Below, piece after piece: positions 8,990 through 17,667 of a DNA stretch of 64,000 bases. Position numbers and translations under genes: made by a program. Each line of letters starts with the position of its first letter. Within the stretch, counting starts at the first letter, position 1. The notes beneath the pieces are model-generated. The model saw only the letters and a program-made list of their open reading frames with translations, had not been told where the DNA came from and searched no databases. Source of the stretch: a virus; IMG/VR virus record IMGVR_UViG_3300035675_000004, positions 36,943 to 100,942 of that record; one strand, given 5' to 3'.

Positions 8990-10527
8990 GATATGATACC
9001 TTCGTAAAAAGACCACTTGAAGAATTTCCATATTCGCCAGAGCAGGTTCAAGAGTTGCAGAAATGTTCTGTTGATATATGGTATTTCTTAAAGTATATAA
9101 AAATTGTTCATCCAGACAGGGGCCGCATTATATTTGAGCCCTATCCGTATCAGAAAAAAATCCTCAAAAAATTACAGCAGAATAGATTTGTTATTGGTCT
9201 CTGGGCTCGACAATCAGGTAAGAGCACTACAGTATGTGCGTATGCCTTGTGGTTTGCTATCTTCAATTCTGACAAGGTTATCGGTATTGTGTCCAATAAA
9301 CAAAATTCTGCGATGGACATTCTTAATAGACTGAAAATCATGTACGAGGAGCTTCCTGTTTGGTTGAAACCCGGTGTTTCTGAGTATTCAAAGACCTTTG
9401 TATACTTTGACAACGGTTCAAAGATAATGGTTTCTGCCACCAGCCCAGACGCTCTCAGAGGTAGAACCTTGAACCTTCTGATTATGGACGAGTTCGCCTT
9501 TGTTGCGAAAAACAAGGCCGAGGATTTCTGGTCATCCAACCAGCCGACGATTACCGCATCAGAGGAGTCGCGTATTGTCATTATCAGTACGCCAAATGGT
9601 ATGTTCAATTTGTTCCATCGTCTTTATTCTGGCGCGGAAAGAAAGGAAAACACATTCGTTCCAGTAAGAGCAACTTGGAAGGAAGTTCCGGGCCGTGACA
9701 GGAAATGGGCCGAAGAACAGAAACAGAACCTTGGCAAAATCAGGTTTGCTCAGGAGCACGAATGTGAATTTCTCGGTTCTACCAATACTGTCATCGAGTC
9801 GGAGACAATAGAAAATCTTTATACACAAATAAAAGACCCAGTTCATACAGACCTGCAAGGTCGCCTCAAAATATACGAGAAACCGATAAAAGATTTCCAG
9901 TATGTTCTGGGCGTGGACACAGCCAAGGGAACGGGCGAGAATGGTTCTGGAATACAAATTCTTAAAATAGCATCATCCAAGCCTATATCCTATGAGCAGG
10001 TAGCCGTCTTTTATCATACCCTCACCGATGTTTATACATTTTCTGATATTGTAAACAGACTGTCTCTCTATTATAACAATGCTTATATTATGTGTGAGAA
10101 CAATGCGGAAGGTTCAACCGTTGTCTCACGACTATGGTGGGATTTTGAGAACCCCGGCCTCATAAACAGTGGTAGTAAGAATGTAGACCTTGGCATCCGC
10201 GCCAAGAAAAATACGAAACCAAAGGCCGTTCTTCTCTGGAAAAAGCTGGTAGAGGATACTTCCCTCAAAATTTGTGACAGGGATACGGTTGATCAAATAA
10301 GCACATTTATTGAAAAGGGCGGAAAATTTATGGGAAAAGATATGCCGGATGACCTTGTATGTGCTATGTATTGGGCCACATTTATCGGTTCTATGAACAT
10401 TTTGGAAGATAGTCCAGAGTTGAGAAAGTCAGTAGAGGACGATGATGAGGACGCATGGGGTATTTTGACCGATGTGCCGGCCTATGAGGAGAATTGGGAT
10501 TGGCTTACCAAAATCAATCCTTTGTGA
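8980..10527 (+). CDS. gp17: Terminase large subunit
   Basis: Walker A ARQSGKST, Walker B LLIMDEFAF, IISTPNG, FAQEHECEF, GVDTAKG, DDLVCA. Confidence 0.97.
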   Translation: MPVRYDTFVKRPLEEFPYSPEQVQELQKCSVDIWYFLKYIKIVHPDRGRIIFEPYPYQKKILKKLQQNRFVIGLWARQSGKSTTVCAYALWFAIFNSDKVIGIVSNKQNSAMDILNRLKIMYEELPVWLKPGVSEYSKTFVYFDNGSKIMVSATSPDALRGRTLNLLIMDEFAFVAKNKAEDFWSSNQPTITASEESRIVIISTPNGMFNLFHRLYSGAERKENTFVPVRATWKEVPGRDRKWAEEQKQNLGKIRFAQEHECEFLGSTNTVIESETIENLYTQIKDPVHTDLQGRLKIYEKPIKDFQYVLGVDTAKGTGENGSGIQILKIASSKPISYEQVAVFYHTLTDVYTFSDIVNRLSLYYNNAYIMCENNAEGSTVVSRLWWDFENPGLINSGSKNVDLGIRAKKNTKPKAVLLWKKLVEDTSLKICDRDTVDQISTFIEKGGKFMGKDMPDDLVCAMYWATFIGSMNILEDSPELRKSVEDDDEDAWGILTDVPAYEENWDWLTKINPL

Positions 10528-10535
10528 GGCTTTTT

Positions 10536-10543
10536 TATAAATA
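10536..10543 (+). promoter_or_regulatory. T4-type late promoter
   Basis: Exact TATAAATA upstream of gp13. Confidence 0.85.
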
Positions 10544-10576
10544 TAATAAGAATACTATAGAGGTTTGCATCATACG

Positions 10577-11350
10577 ATGAAAAAATCAGACTTGGTAGAA
10601 AAAATCAAAAGACGTCTCGGCTATCCGGTTGTCAAGGTAGAACTGGACAATGCTCAGATTGTCGATTGTATTGACTTTTCCAGACAGAAATATCTCAAGT
10701 GGTCAGCTGGACAGGGAACAGTGGAACATTTTTATACACAGTTGCTCTCAGCCGGCCAGACATTGTATGATTGCCCGGGTAATGTAACCGAAGTGTTGAA
10801 TTATGAAATAGCAACCACCGGTTCTGTTCAAACACTATTCACTATTGAAAATTACCTGTATAATCAGGGAATGTATGATATGATACTGATGCGAGGGGCT
10901 GGGTCAGGATATACATTGATATCTTATCACATAGCAAGAGACTTTTTGGATACCGTCAGACGGTATGTAGTTGATGCTTATAATTTTACTTATCACAGAT
11001 ATACAAATCAAATTGAGATCCAGCCCCCGCCCCCTTCAGGCGGTGTAGTATACACATCAACAGCTTCATATCAATCACCGGGTTGGATATTGGTAAGAGC
11101 AATGGTTGTTGAAGGCCTTGATGAAGATATCTACGAACACGATTGGGTTTTTGAATACGCCTTGGCACAGTCAAAGGTTATCCTCGGCAGGATAAGGTCG
11201 AAGTTTGCCAACTTTACCAGTATCGGGCAAACAGGCCTGACAATGGATGGAGATGCCCTCATCTCAGAGGGGCAGGCAGAAGTAGAGAAGTTGGAAGAAA
11301 GGCTCCGAATGGAGGAGCCTTGGCTTGGATATGGGATAGAAGTTGGATAA
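10577..11350 (+). CDS. gp13: Neck protein (gp13-like)
   Basis: IKRRLGYPVVKVELDNAQI; WVFEYALAQSK...SKF...G..LISEG. Confidence 0.9.
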   Translation: MKKSDLVEKIKRRLGYPVVKVELDNAQIVDCIDFSRQKYLKWSAGQGTVEHFYTQLLSAGQTLYDCPGNVTEVLNYEIATTGSVQTLFTIENYLYNQGMYDMILMRGAGSGYTLISYHIARDFLDTVRRYVVDAYNFTYHRYTNQIEIQPPPPSGGVVYTSTASYQSPGWILVRAMVVEGLDEDIYEHDWVFEYALAQSKVILGRIRSKFANFTSIGQTGLTMDGDALISEGQAEVEKLEERLRMEEPWLGYGIEVG

Positions 11351-11513
11351 AGACAGCGAACCGAAAAGTACAGAAAAAATAATTTGCACGCGGGGCCCCA
11401 TTGGTTGTTGTGTGTGTCCTAAATGTCACATAACAGCGAAAAAAGCGAGAGGGGTTTCCTGTGAAAGAACAGCGTGTCCGCATTGTGGCGGGCCAATGAC
11501 AAGAGGAGAATAA
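11343..11513 (+). CDS. Small Cys-rich protein, 56 aa (not in ORF track)
   Basis: TTG start; MDKDSEPKSTEKIICTRGPIGCCVCPKCHITAKKARGVSCERTACPHCGGPMTRGE fills the gap between gp13 and the next gene. Confidence 0.7.
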   Translation: MDKDSEPKSTEKIICTRGPIGCCVCPKCHITAKKARGVSCERTACPHCGGPMTRGE

Positions 11514-11514
11514 A

Positions 11515-11814
11515 ATGAAAAAAGAAAAACTTGCTGCGCATGTAAAAACAGGCAGTAAACTGAAAACAGCATTGGAGAAAATTTTGGCCAAGCATCTGGT
11601 GAAAGAGGAAGTCACACCACTCGATGCACTTGCGGGATCATCATATGGTTATGATACAATCGGCCCGCAGAAAGACCTTGTAAAATACTGCATCTGTCCA
11701 GTTTGCAAAACATATGTCGAGAAGGACAACGAGATGGCCTGCTCCATGCACCAGTGCCCAAAAGACGGATCGGCTATGGTCAACAAAATGGACGCGAGAG
11801 TAGAGAAGGGCTAA
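11515..11814 (+). CDS. Cys-rich protein (CICPVC...C...CPKDG.AM)
   Basis: GAGGAG RBS; same Cys pattern as upstream ORF. Confidence 0.75.
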   Translation: MKKEKLAAHVKTGSKLKTALEKILAKHLVKEEVTPLDALAGSSYGYDTIGPQKDLVKYCICPVCKTYVEKDNEMACSMHQCPKDGSAMVNKMDARVEKG

Positions 11815-11817
11815 GAA

Positions 11818-12462
11818 ATGGCAATACCAACCAGACAACCAAGAGGCGGTATCAATAAGCCACAATGGGAGTTATACGATATCCGTTATAATCCTGAGCA
11901 TTCCCTTGCGGAAAGCTTGATAATGGAATATACGGACATTGTTGGCATAAAGGCTGTTTGGCACGAAAGATCCAATAGTGTAACATATGATACTCTTTAT
12001 GGTGAACATACTGGCACAACCTATGATGAAACAGGAAAGACAACAAAACTCATTTACAATGTAGATGAGGAGCCGAACCTGTGGTCATCTTTTGGTATGT
12101 TTGGCGGTGACATTCTCATCACACATATTCCGCAGGGAACATGGAGGCGGGATGTAAGTGCTACGACGGAACCGAAAATCGGAGATATCGTTACGATAGA
12201 TTGGTATGAGCCGTTTGCTGGTGAGCGCAGAACATTCGAGGTTGTCCACGTTGATGATGATGATAAGACATTCCAGTTGAAGAAGATGGTCTATATTCTT
12301 ATATTGAGACCATACAGGTTCTCAGAGCAGAGCGATAGTGCTACAGCACTTGCAACGCATAGTGCTCCGATTAGTGCCTACGGTGACAACGAGTGGATTG
12401 AAGAACAATCTAATACCATTGATGATTACGATGATGTTGACACCAAAATTTATGGATATTAA
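11818..12462 (+). CDS. gp14: Neck protein (gp14-like)
   Basis: ESLIMEYTDIVGI...DTLYGE...FGMFG...EPKIGDIV...FEVVHV; follows gp13. Confidence 0.85.
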   Translation: MAIPTRQPRGGINKPQWELYDIRYNPEHSLAESLIMEYTDIVGIKAVWHERSNSVTYDTLYGEHTGTTYDETGKTTKLIYNVDEEPNLWSSFGMFGGDILITHIPQGTWRRDVSATTEPKIGDIVTIDWYEPFAGERRTFEVVHVDDDDKTFQLKKMVYILILRPYRFSEQSDSATALATHSAPISAYGDNEWIEEQSNTIDDYDDVDTKIYGY

Positions 12463-12473
12463 GGGGTAGATAG

Positions 12474-12824
12474 ATGAGATTTGGAAAATATCTAACAGAA
12501 TTTACAGATCCAGCTTTAAGAAACTTGGAGCAAAACGCTGAAAAAGAAGCGAAAGAGGAAGCCAAGAAACTGGAAAAGGCCTTCAGGGATAGAATAGATG
12601 ATACAATGAAATCTCTGGATTGGTTTGCCAAGGAAACAATTAAACTGACACCTGATGTAAAGGAACAGGCAAAGGAGTTCAATGTTTTCGTGAGTAGGCT
12701 TATAGGATTTCAACAAGATACTATGTCTTGGAATTACTCATTTAAAATGTTGGATGAATTGATAGACAATATCGAGGAGCACGCCAAATTTATCAGGAAA
12801 AAATATGGATGGTATGGAAAATGA
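12474..12824 (+). CDS. Putative internal head protein (leader MRFGKYLTE); paralog of 13354
   Basis: Leader motif; C-terminus EHAKFIRKKYGWYGK. Confidence 0.7.
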   Translation: MRFGKYLTEFTDPALRNLEQNAEKEAKEEAKKLEKAFRDRIDDTMKSLDWFAKETIKLTPDVKEQAKEFNVFVSRLIGFQQDTMSWNYSFKMLDELIDNIEEHAKFIRKKYGWYGK

Positions 12825-12825
12825 A
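12798..12825 (+). repeat. 28-bp direct repeat, copy 1 (AAAAAATATGGATGGTATGGAAAATGAA)
   Basis: Identical to 13678-13705; spans a stop/start ATGA overlap. Confidence 0.9.
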
Positions 12826-13093
12826 GGTAGATGAGAAGATAGAAAACTATTTGACAGAAATAATGCCGAGAGGGTTTGGCTATCAGATGGATAAAAAAGT
12901 GTTGAGAATTATAAAATATAGAGAAGTTAATGTTGAATGTTGTGGAACCTGTATGTATTTTAAGGGAGAGGTTTGTAAAAATCCTGAAAATATTGCGACA
13001 GCAGCCGATGTTCTTGATACTGTAATTCCAGCATCTGCCGGATTATCTACCAGCGTAAATGGTCTTTGCGAAGTTTATAAAAGGAGATGGTAA
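12821..13093 (+). CDS. Putative internal head protein (leader MKVDEKIENYLTE) with 4-5 Cys motif
   Basis: ATGA overlap start; CGTC...C...GLCEVY. Confidence 0.7.
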   Translation: MKVDEKIENYLTEIMPRGFGYQMDKKVLRIIKYREVNVECCGTCMYFKGEVCKNPENIATAADVLDTVIPASAGLSTSVNGLCEVYKRRW

Positions 13094-13354
13094 GTGAAAA
13101 GTATAGATGAGAAGATTGATATGTATCTTGGAGAGGGATATAAGGATGACCTGAAAGTTTTGAGGAACGCTGACAAGGCGCTCCAAAAAGCTCTACACGG
13201 TAACTATCCAGAACTCGACAAGATTGCAAAGGAAATGGCAAAAAGCGTTGCTATTGATATCAATAAAAAAACATCGGGTGTTGTATCTGATATGCCTTAT
13301 AAAGCACAGTATGTCTTGGAAAAGCTGATTAGATTATTACAGGAGAAAGTATAA
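13094..13354 (+). CDS. Putative internal head protein (leader MKSIDEKIDMYLGE)
   Basis: GTG start with AGGAG RBS; leader motif. Confidence 0.7.
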   Translation: MKSIDEKIDMYLGEGYKDDLKVLRNADKALQKALHGNYPELDKIAKEMAKSVAIDINKKTSGVVSDMPYKAQYVLEKLIRLLQEKV

Positions 13355-13704
13355 TGGGAAAGATAGACGAAAAGATTGATATGTATTTGAATGAGGCTGT
13401 ATCAGGTCAATTAGCCAGTCAACTCAGAGCCGCACAGAAAAGAGCCGACGATGCTTTCAAAGAAGGTGTCAGAAATACATTGAAAGCAATGGACGAATAT
13501 GCAAAGGAAACCTGCGTTGATTTATACAAGGGTGACATACAGAAACAATCTGAATGCTTCGCCTCTTTTTATGCTAAGCTTATTATCTTTGTCCAAGACC
13601 AGTTCCAGCCCTATATGTCAGATGCATTGGTAAATGAGCTTGTAAGTGATATGGATGAGCACGCAAAAACTCTCAGAAAAAAATATGGATGGTATGGAAA
13701 ATGA
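13354..13704 (+). CDS. Putative internal head protein (leader MGKIDEKIDMYLNE); paralog of 12474
   Basis: Leader motif; C-terminus EHAKTLRKKYGWYGK. Confidence 0.7.
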   Translation: MGKIDEKIDMYLNEAVSGQLASQLRAAQKRADDAFKEGVRNTLKAMDEYAKETCVDLYKGDIQKQSECFASFYAKLIIFVQDQFQPYMSDALVNELVSDMDEHAKTLRKKYGWYGK

Positions 13705-13705
13705 A
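13678..13705 (+). repeat. 28-bp direct repeat, copy 2
   Basis: Identical to 12798-12825. Confidence 0.9.
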
Positions 13706-14132
13706 AAGGATAGATGAACGCTTAAGCGAATACCTTGATGAGAAAACATTAGATGTGTTTGCTAAACATCAGGTAGCCATTGCAAGAAAGACATTAAAAA
13801 TGTCAGATGCTGGTGCAAAAATAATGGGCGGTATGAACAAAGAGGAGGCCAGAGCTGTTCTCAAGAAATATGGTCTGAAAGAAGAAGTTTTGACAGAAGG
13901 CCTCGGCCCAATCTTTCTAAAACAAGAGGGCCCAAATTTTACCAAAATTTATGTGAGCGGAAAGACATTATGGTTTTCTTATGAAACACTGGTTGCTTTT
14001 AGTGACGGAAGCAAAACCTATGCAACATCCGAAAAGTTTAGCAACACAACTTCCAGACAAATGGGTACTATAGATGTGGATGTGTGGTTAGGCGATGATG
14101 ATTTTCTAACACTTGCGAGGAAAAAATTATGA
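13701..14132 (+). CDS. Putative internal head protein (leader MKRIDERLSEYLDE), two-domain
   Basis: Leader motif; internal LKEEVLTE linker; C-terminal FSYETLVAF...FSNTTSRQ domain. Confidence 0.7.
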   Translation: MKRIDERLSEYLDEKTLDVFAKHQVAIARKTLKMSDAGAKIMGGMNKEEARAVLKKYGLKEEVLTEGLGPIFLKQEGPNFTKIYVSGKTLWFSYETLVAFSDGSKTYATSEKFSNTTSRQMGTIDVDVWLGDDDFLTLARKKL

Positions 14133-14464
14133 CAGATATTATAGAAAGACTTGATTATATTTTGAAAGAGGATTATGTTGACAGGTTGGGGCAATCGAAG
14201 GTCATAAAATTTCTTGATCAAAATAAAAAGAAAACAGATCACTTCGGCGGAAATGTGAGAGTGTCCACTACTAATAAGCGATGGGCATTTGGATTAGGTG
14301 GCGGAACAGACCTTCATTTCATTCAGGCCGTCCTGACAGCAGACGGAAAGTGGAAAGTCAACTCCTCACAGGGTATAGCCAAGGTAACTAAGAATACTCT
14401 TACTGACGATGAGATGTTACAAAAAGTAAAAGCCATATTCGATAAATCAGGGGAGAAGAAATGA
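14129..14464 (+). CDS. Putative internal head protein (leader MTDIIERLDYILKE)
   Basis: ATGA overlap; leader motif. Confidence 0.65.
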   Translation: MTDIIERLDYILKEDYVDRLGQSKVIKFLDQNKKKTDHFGGNVRVSTTNKRWAFGLGGGTDLHFIQAVLTADGKWKVNSSQGIAKVTKNTLTDDEMLQKVKAIFDKSGEKK

Positions 14465-14835
14465 AAAAGGTACATGAGAAAATTGACAATTATCTGAATG
14501 AAGATAAGTCATCTCAAGCGAGAGCTGAGATGAAGATTGTTTTTGAAAATATTAGGCATATTATGATTGATGCTGTAATGGATGCTGATGCAGCTCTACA
14601 GGATTTTGTAAATGATAAACTGGAGCGCAAAATCTTTGTGCCAGCAATCAAGAAAATAATAAAAGAACTGGATAGTGCTGGTGACGCGGCTGAGGGCAAC
14701 TGGCAAATACAAACAAGCTCTGTAGATAAGATATTTGCAGACTACCATAAAGAAGTTGTAAAACAGTTTGGTGCAGGAAGTCCGGTAGTCGATGCTTACT
14801 GGAATGCTGTTGAAGAACTATGGTTTGAGAGGTAG
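14461..14835 (+). CDS. Putative internal head protein (leader MKKVHEKIDNYLNE)
   Basis: GGGGAG RBS; leader motif. Confidence 0.7.
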   Translation: MKKVHEKIDNYLNEDKSSQARAEMKIVFENIRHIMIDAVMDADAALQDFVNDKLERKIFVPAIKKIIKELDSAGDAAEGNWQIQTSSVDKIFADYHKEVVKQFGAGSPVVDAYWNAVEELWFER

Positions 14836-14839
14836 GAAG

Positions 14840-14971
14840 ATGGGGGCATTGGTAGATAATGAATGGGAAGATAAAATAAAAAAAGTGGACGAAAAGATCG
14901 ACGCTGGTTATAAAGAAATCCGTAAATTGGATGAAAAGCCCGCGGAGAAACCGAAAGAAAAGGAAAAATAA
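14840..14971 (+). CDS. Small charged protein, 43 aa (not in ORF track)
   Basis: MGALVDNEWEDKIKKVDEKIDAGYKEIRKLDEKPAEKPKEKEK; GAGGT RBS; fills the gap. Confidence 0.55.
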   Translation: MGALVDNEWEDKIKKVDEKIDAGYKEIRKLDEKPAEKPKEKEK

Positions 14972-14972
14972 A

Positions 14973-15260
14973 ATGAGACTACGAAATTTCTTGGAAGAAG
15001 AATTAAAGAATGTCAACTGGCCGAAATTTCTCAAAGCAACAATGCAACAGACCATTGCGGATCTTGAGGCCCAAGCGGATTATATCGTCAAGAAAAACCC
15101 GGCCACAGCAGAAAAAGAATTTGAAAGATTTGTTGATGCTATTAAATCCTCAAATCTCAAAGCTGTCAGCACGCTTGATATACCTAAAGAGATGATGCAA
15201 CAGGTCAACTATCAGATAGATTTCGCTGTCAAAGAAATAAAAAAAGAATATGGATGGTAA
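14973..15260 (+). CDS. Putative internal head protein (leader MRLRNFLEEE)
   Basis: Leader motif; ends KKEYGW like 12474/13354. Confidence 0.65.
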   Translation: MRLRNFLEEELKNVNWPKFLKATMQQTIADLEAQADYIVKKNPATAEKEFERFVDAIKSSNLKAVSTLDIPKEMMQQVNYQIDFAVKEIKKEYGW

Positions 15261-15576
15261 AGAAATGGACAAGATGAACGCACATACACCGCTTCTTGGC
15301 GGAGAGAGAAGAACAATAAACGAGGCTGATCTCGATAGTAAAATGGATAAACTCGAAGAAGATATCAGTAATGTATTGGATGTTATGGGAGACGCGTATG
15401 ATGATATTCAAAACGAGTGGTCAGATGCATCTGGAATGATGTATCAGTATGATTTATCACAGACACCTAAAATAATCGCTGCTGCAAAGAAGCTTATAAA
15501 AGTTACCAATGATCTTATCACCAAAGTAGAGTTGATGACAAATCTGGAAAAGGCAAGACAAAAAGAAAAGAAATGA
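15250..15576 (+). CDS. Hypothetical coiled-coil protein
   Basis: ORF within the small-gene array; RRTINE site; start uncertain. Confidence 0.6.
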   Translation: MDGKEMDKMNAHTPLLGGERRTINEADLDSKMDKLEEDISNVLDVMGDAYDDIQNEWSDASGMMYQYDLSQTPKIIAAAKKLIKVTNDLITKVELMTNLEKARQKEKK

Positions 15577-17327
15577 ATTTTTCGACCTTCCTAACGGAAC
15601 AGAAGTCAAAAGCGGTGGGCATATTTATCGGAAGGGTAACGCCACCCACGATAGCCCACCAAAAAATTATAGAGGATGCCTTCAGAAAGTACTCTAAGGT
15701 CTATATCTTTATCATCGAGGGCGAAAAAACCTCACAGCTTACAAAAAACTTTTTGTCGTTCAATCAGAGAAAAGAAATTCTCAAGGTCACAAATCCGAGA
15801 GCCATCCCTATTCTCGCTAAGGCTGGATATATCCCCGATATAATCGAGCAGAACCATATTGACACATCTAACGGTGTGGCTATTATCGCTGGGTCTGACA
15901 GGATAGACGGATATATGAACCAATTTGGAGATGTGAAATACAATGTTATTCCTGACGAGATAAAGAGAACGGCCAGTGATGTATCGGCATCGAAAGTCAG
16001 AGCGGCCCTCGCTGAAAAGGACTTCGCAACATACAAGAGAATGATAGCCAAGGGGCTCGACAATCAGAGATGGTTTGATGAGTTGAGAAAACGAATGGCT
16101 CGGAAGGGAAATGAAATAGAAGAAATAAGGTCTCTGAAAGATATTATCACAGAAGAAGTCAACAAGCACATTGAGCACTTTGAGGATAATATGCTGAATA
16201 TGGGCGTCGAGGGCATTCAGCAAAATGTTCTCATAGCTAAGACATTGAGAGATACTCTATCTGGTTCATCAGCTGTAAAGGCCAAGATAACCGTGAAGTG
16301 GGATGGTGCGCCTGCCGTATTTTTTGGTATCAATCCAGAGAACGGAAAGTTTTTTGTGTCCACAAAAGCTATATTCAACAAGGAGCCGAAGATAGCCTAC
16401 ACCCCACAGGATGTAAAGGCATATTTTGGCCATGCGCCGAACCTTGTAACCAAATTGATTGATTGCCTGAAATACCTGCCCTCTCTCGGCATAAACACCA
16501 TATATCAAGGCGACCTGCTTTTCACCAATGACAAGAAGTTTGAAAAAATAGACGGTATCGCCAGCATTACATTTACACCGAACACAATAACATATGCCAT
16601 CCCAAACGATGACTCCGACTTGGCTAAGGCTGTCAGGGGAGCAAGAATAGGCATTGTTGTGCACACCGAGTATGTAGGCAAGACTATTGATACATTGTCA
16701 GCAAAGTATGATGTAAATGTAAAAAGATATTCAAATAGTAATGTATGGATTACGGACGCATATTTCGAGGATGATTCCGGTATAATCAATTTTACCAAGA
16801 AAGAGATTGGTGACATTGATTATATGATAGGAGAAGTTGAGAGAGTATCGAGGTATGTGAAGAGCGATATCTTCGTGAAACTGAGAGACTACGGTATCTA
16901 TGAGTTATTCCGAAGATTTCATAATGAGCAGATAAAACAGGGTGCCCCTTTGAATGCGGTGTCAAAATATTTTGATGACTTTGTAACCTACATAGAGAAC
17001 GCCCTTACTTCTTTACCGGCAAAAACACAGGCGACAATAGACAAAAGAACACAGAAAATTGAGGAAATCAAAATGTTCCTCAATAAATACAGGAGGGAGA
17101 TAGTGGGGATATTCTACCTGTATCTTCTTTTTATACGAATGAAAAATATTTTCGTCCAGAAGCTCAGCCAGATAAGTAGTGTTGGAACATTCATTCGTAG
17201 TGGTGACGGTTACAGAGTGACAAAGCCAGAAGGGTTCTGCGTTATTGACAATGACGGCAGTATATTGAAACTGGTTGACCGACTTGAATTTTCGAGGGCA
17301 AACTTTACATTGGAGAAGGTATGGTAA
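15573..17327 (+). CDS. Fusion: HIGH-type nucleotidyltransferase + ligase-like (DUF6267-type) domain, with leader MNFSTFLTE
   Basis: GRVTPPTIAHQKII, AGSDR, SASKVR; then NKHIEHFED, TVKWDG, YQGDLLF, PEGF, KLVDRLEFS. Confidence 0.8.
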   Translation: MNFSTFLTEQKSKAVGIFIGRVTPPTIAHQKIIEDAFRKYSKVYIFIIEGEKTSQLTKNFLSFNQRKEILKVTNPRAIPILAKAGYIPDIIEQNHIDTSNGVAIIAGSDRIDGYMNQFGDVKYNVIPDEIKRTASDVSASKVRAALAEKDFATYKRMIAKGLDNQRWFDELRKRMARKGNEIEEIRSLKDIITEEVNKHIEHFEDNMLNMGVEGIQQNVLIAKTLRDTLSGSSAVKAKITVKWDGAPAVFFGINPENGKFFVSTKAIFNKEPKIAYTPQDVKAYFGHAPNLVTKLIDCLKYLPSLGINTIYQGDLLFTNDKKFEKIDGIASITFTPNTITYAIPNDDSDLAKAVRGARIGIVVHTEYVGKTIDTLSAKYDVNVKRYSNSNVWITDAYFEDDSGIINFTKKEIGDIDYMIGEVERVSRYVKSDIFVKLRDYGIYELFRRFHNEQIKQGAPLNAVSKYFDDFVTYIENALTSLPAKTQATIDKRTQKIEEIKMFLNKYRREIVGIFYLYLLFIRMKNIFVQKLSQISSVGTFIRSGDGYRVTKPEGFCVIDNDGSILKLVDRLEFSRANFTLEKVW

Positions 17328-17665
17328 TGAAAAACAAACTTAAAAAATATTTAACAGAAGATGCTGGGCCCGGCAATAAAATATATGTATTTGATCACGG
17401 CAAAGCAGTTGGTTATTCGGAATCCGCAGCGCCGGCCTGTCTTACTTGTTTTTATAGCCTTCAACAAAATGTAAAAGCTGGCCATCATTTTGTAGACAGG
17501 ATGACCTGTGAAAATCCAAATGTTTTTGAGGCTATTGCCAATGAACTGACAGCGCTAGGATTTTCTGATTTCAAGGGGGAAAATCCGATGAAATATCACG
17601 GTCAGTTTGATATGATGGTACACCCACAGGGTAAGTGCAAATTCTGGAAAAGAGGTAGATCATAG
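17327..17665 (+). CDS. Putative internal head protein (leader MKNKLKKYLTE) with 4-Cys motif
   Basis: TAATG overlap; CLTC...C...VHPQGKCKFW. Confidence 0.7.
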   Translation: MKNKLKKYLTEDAGPGNKIYVFDHGKAVGYSESAAPACLTCFYSLQQNVKAGHHFVDRMTCENPNVFEAIANELTALGFSDFKGENPMKYHGQFDMMVHPQGKCKFWKRGRS

Positions 17666-17667
17666 AA

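Noticed and set aside
11351-11514. Apparent intergenic gap as a structured RNA
   Set aside because: Fully explained by the 56-aa Cys-rich ORF.
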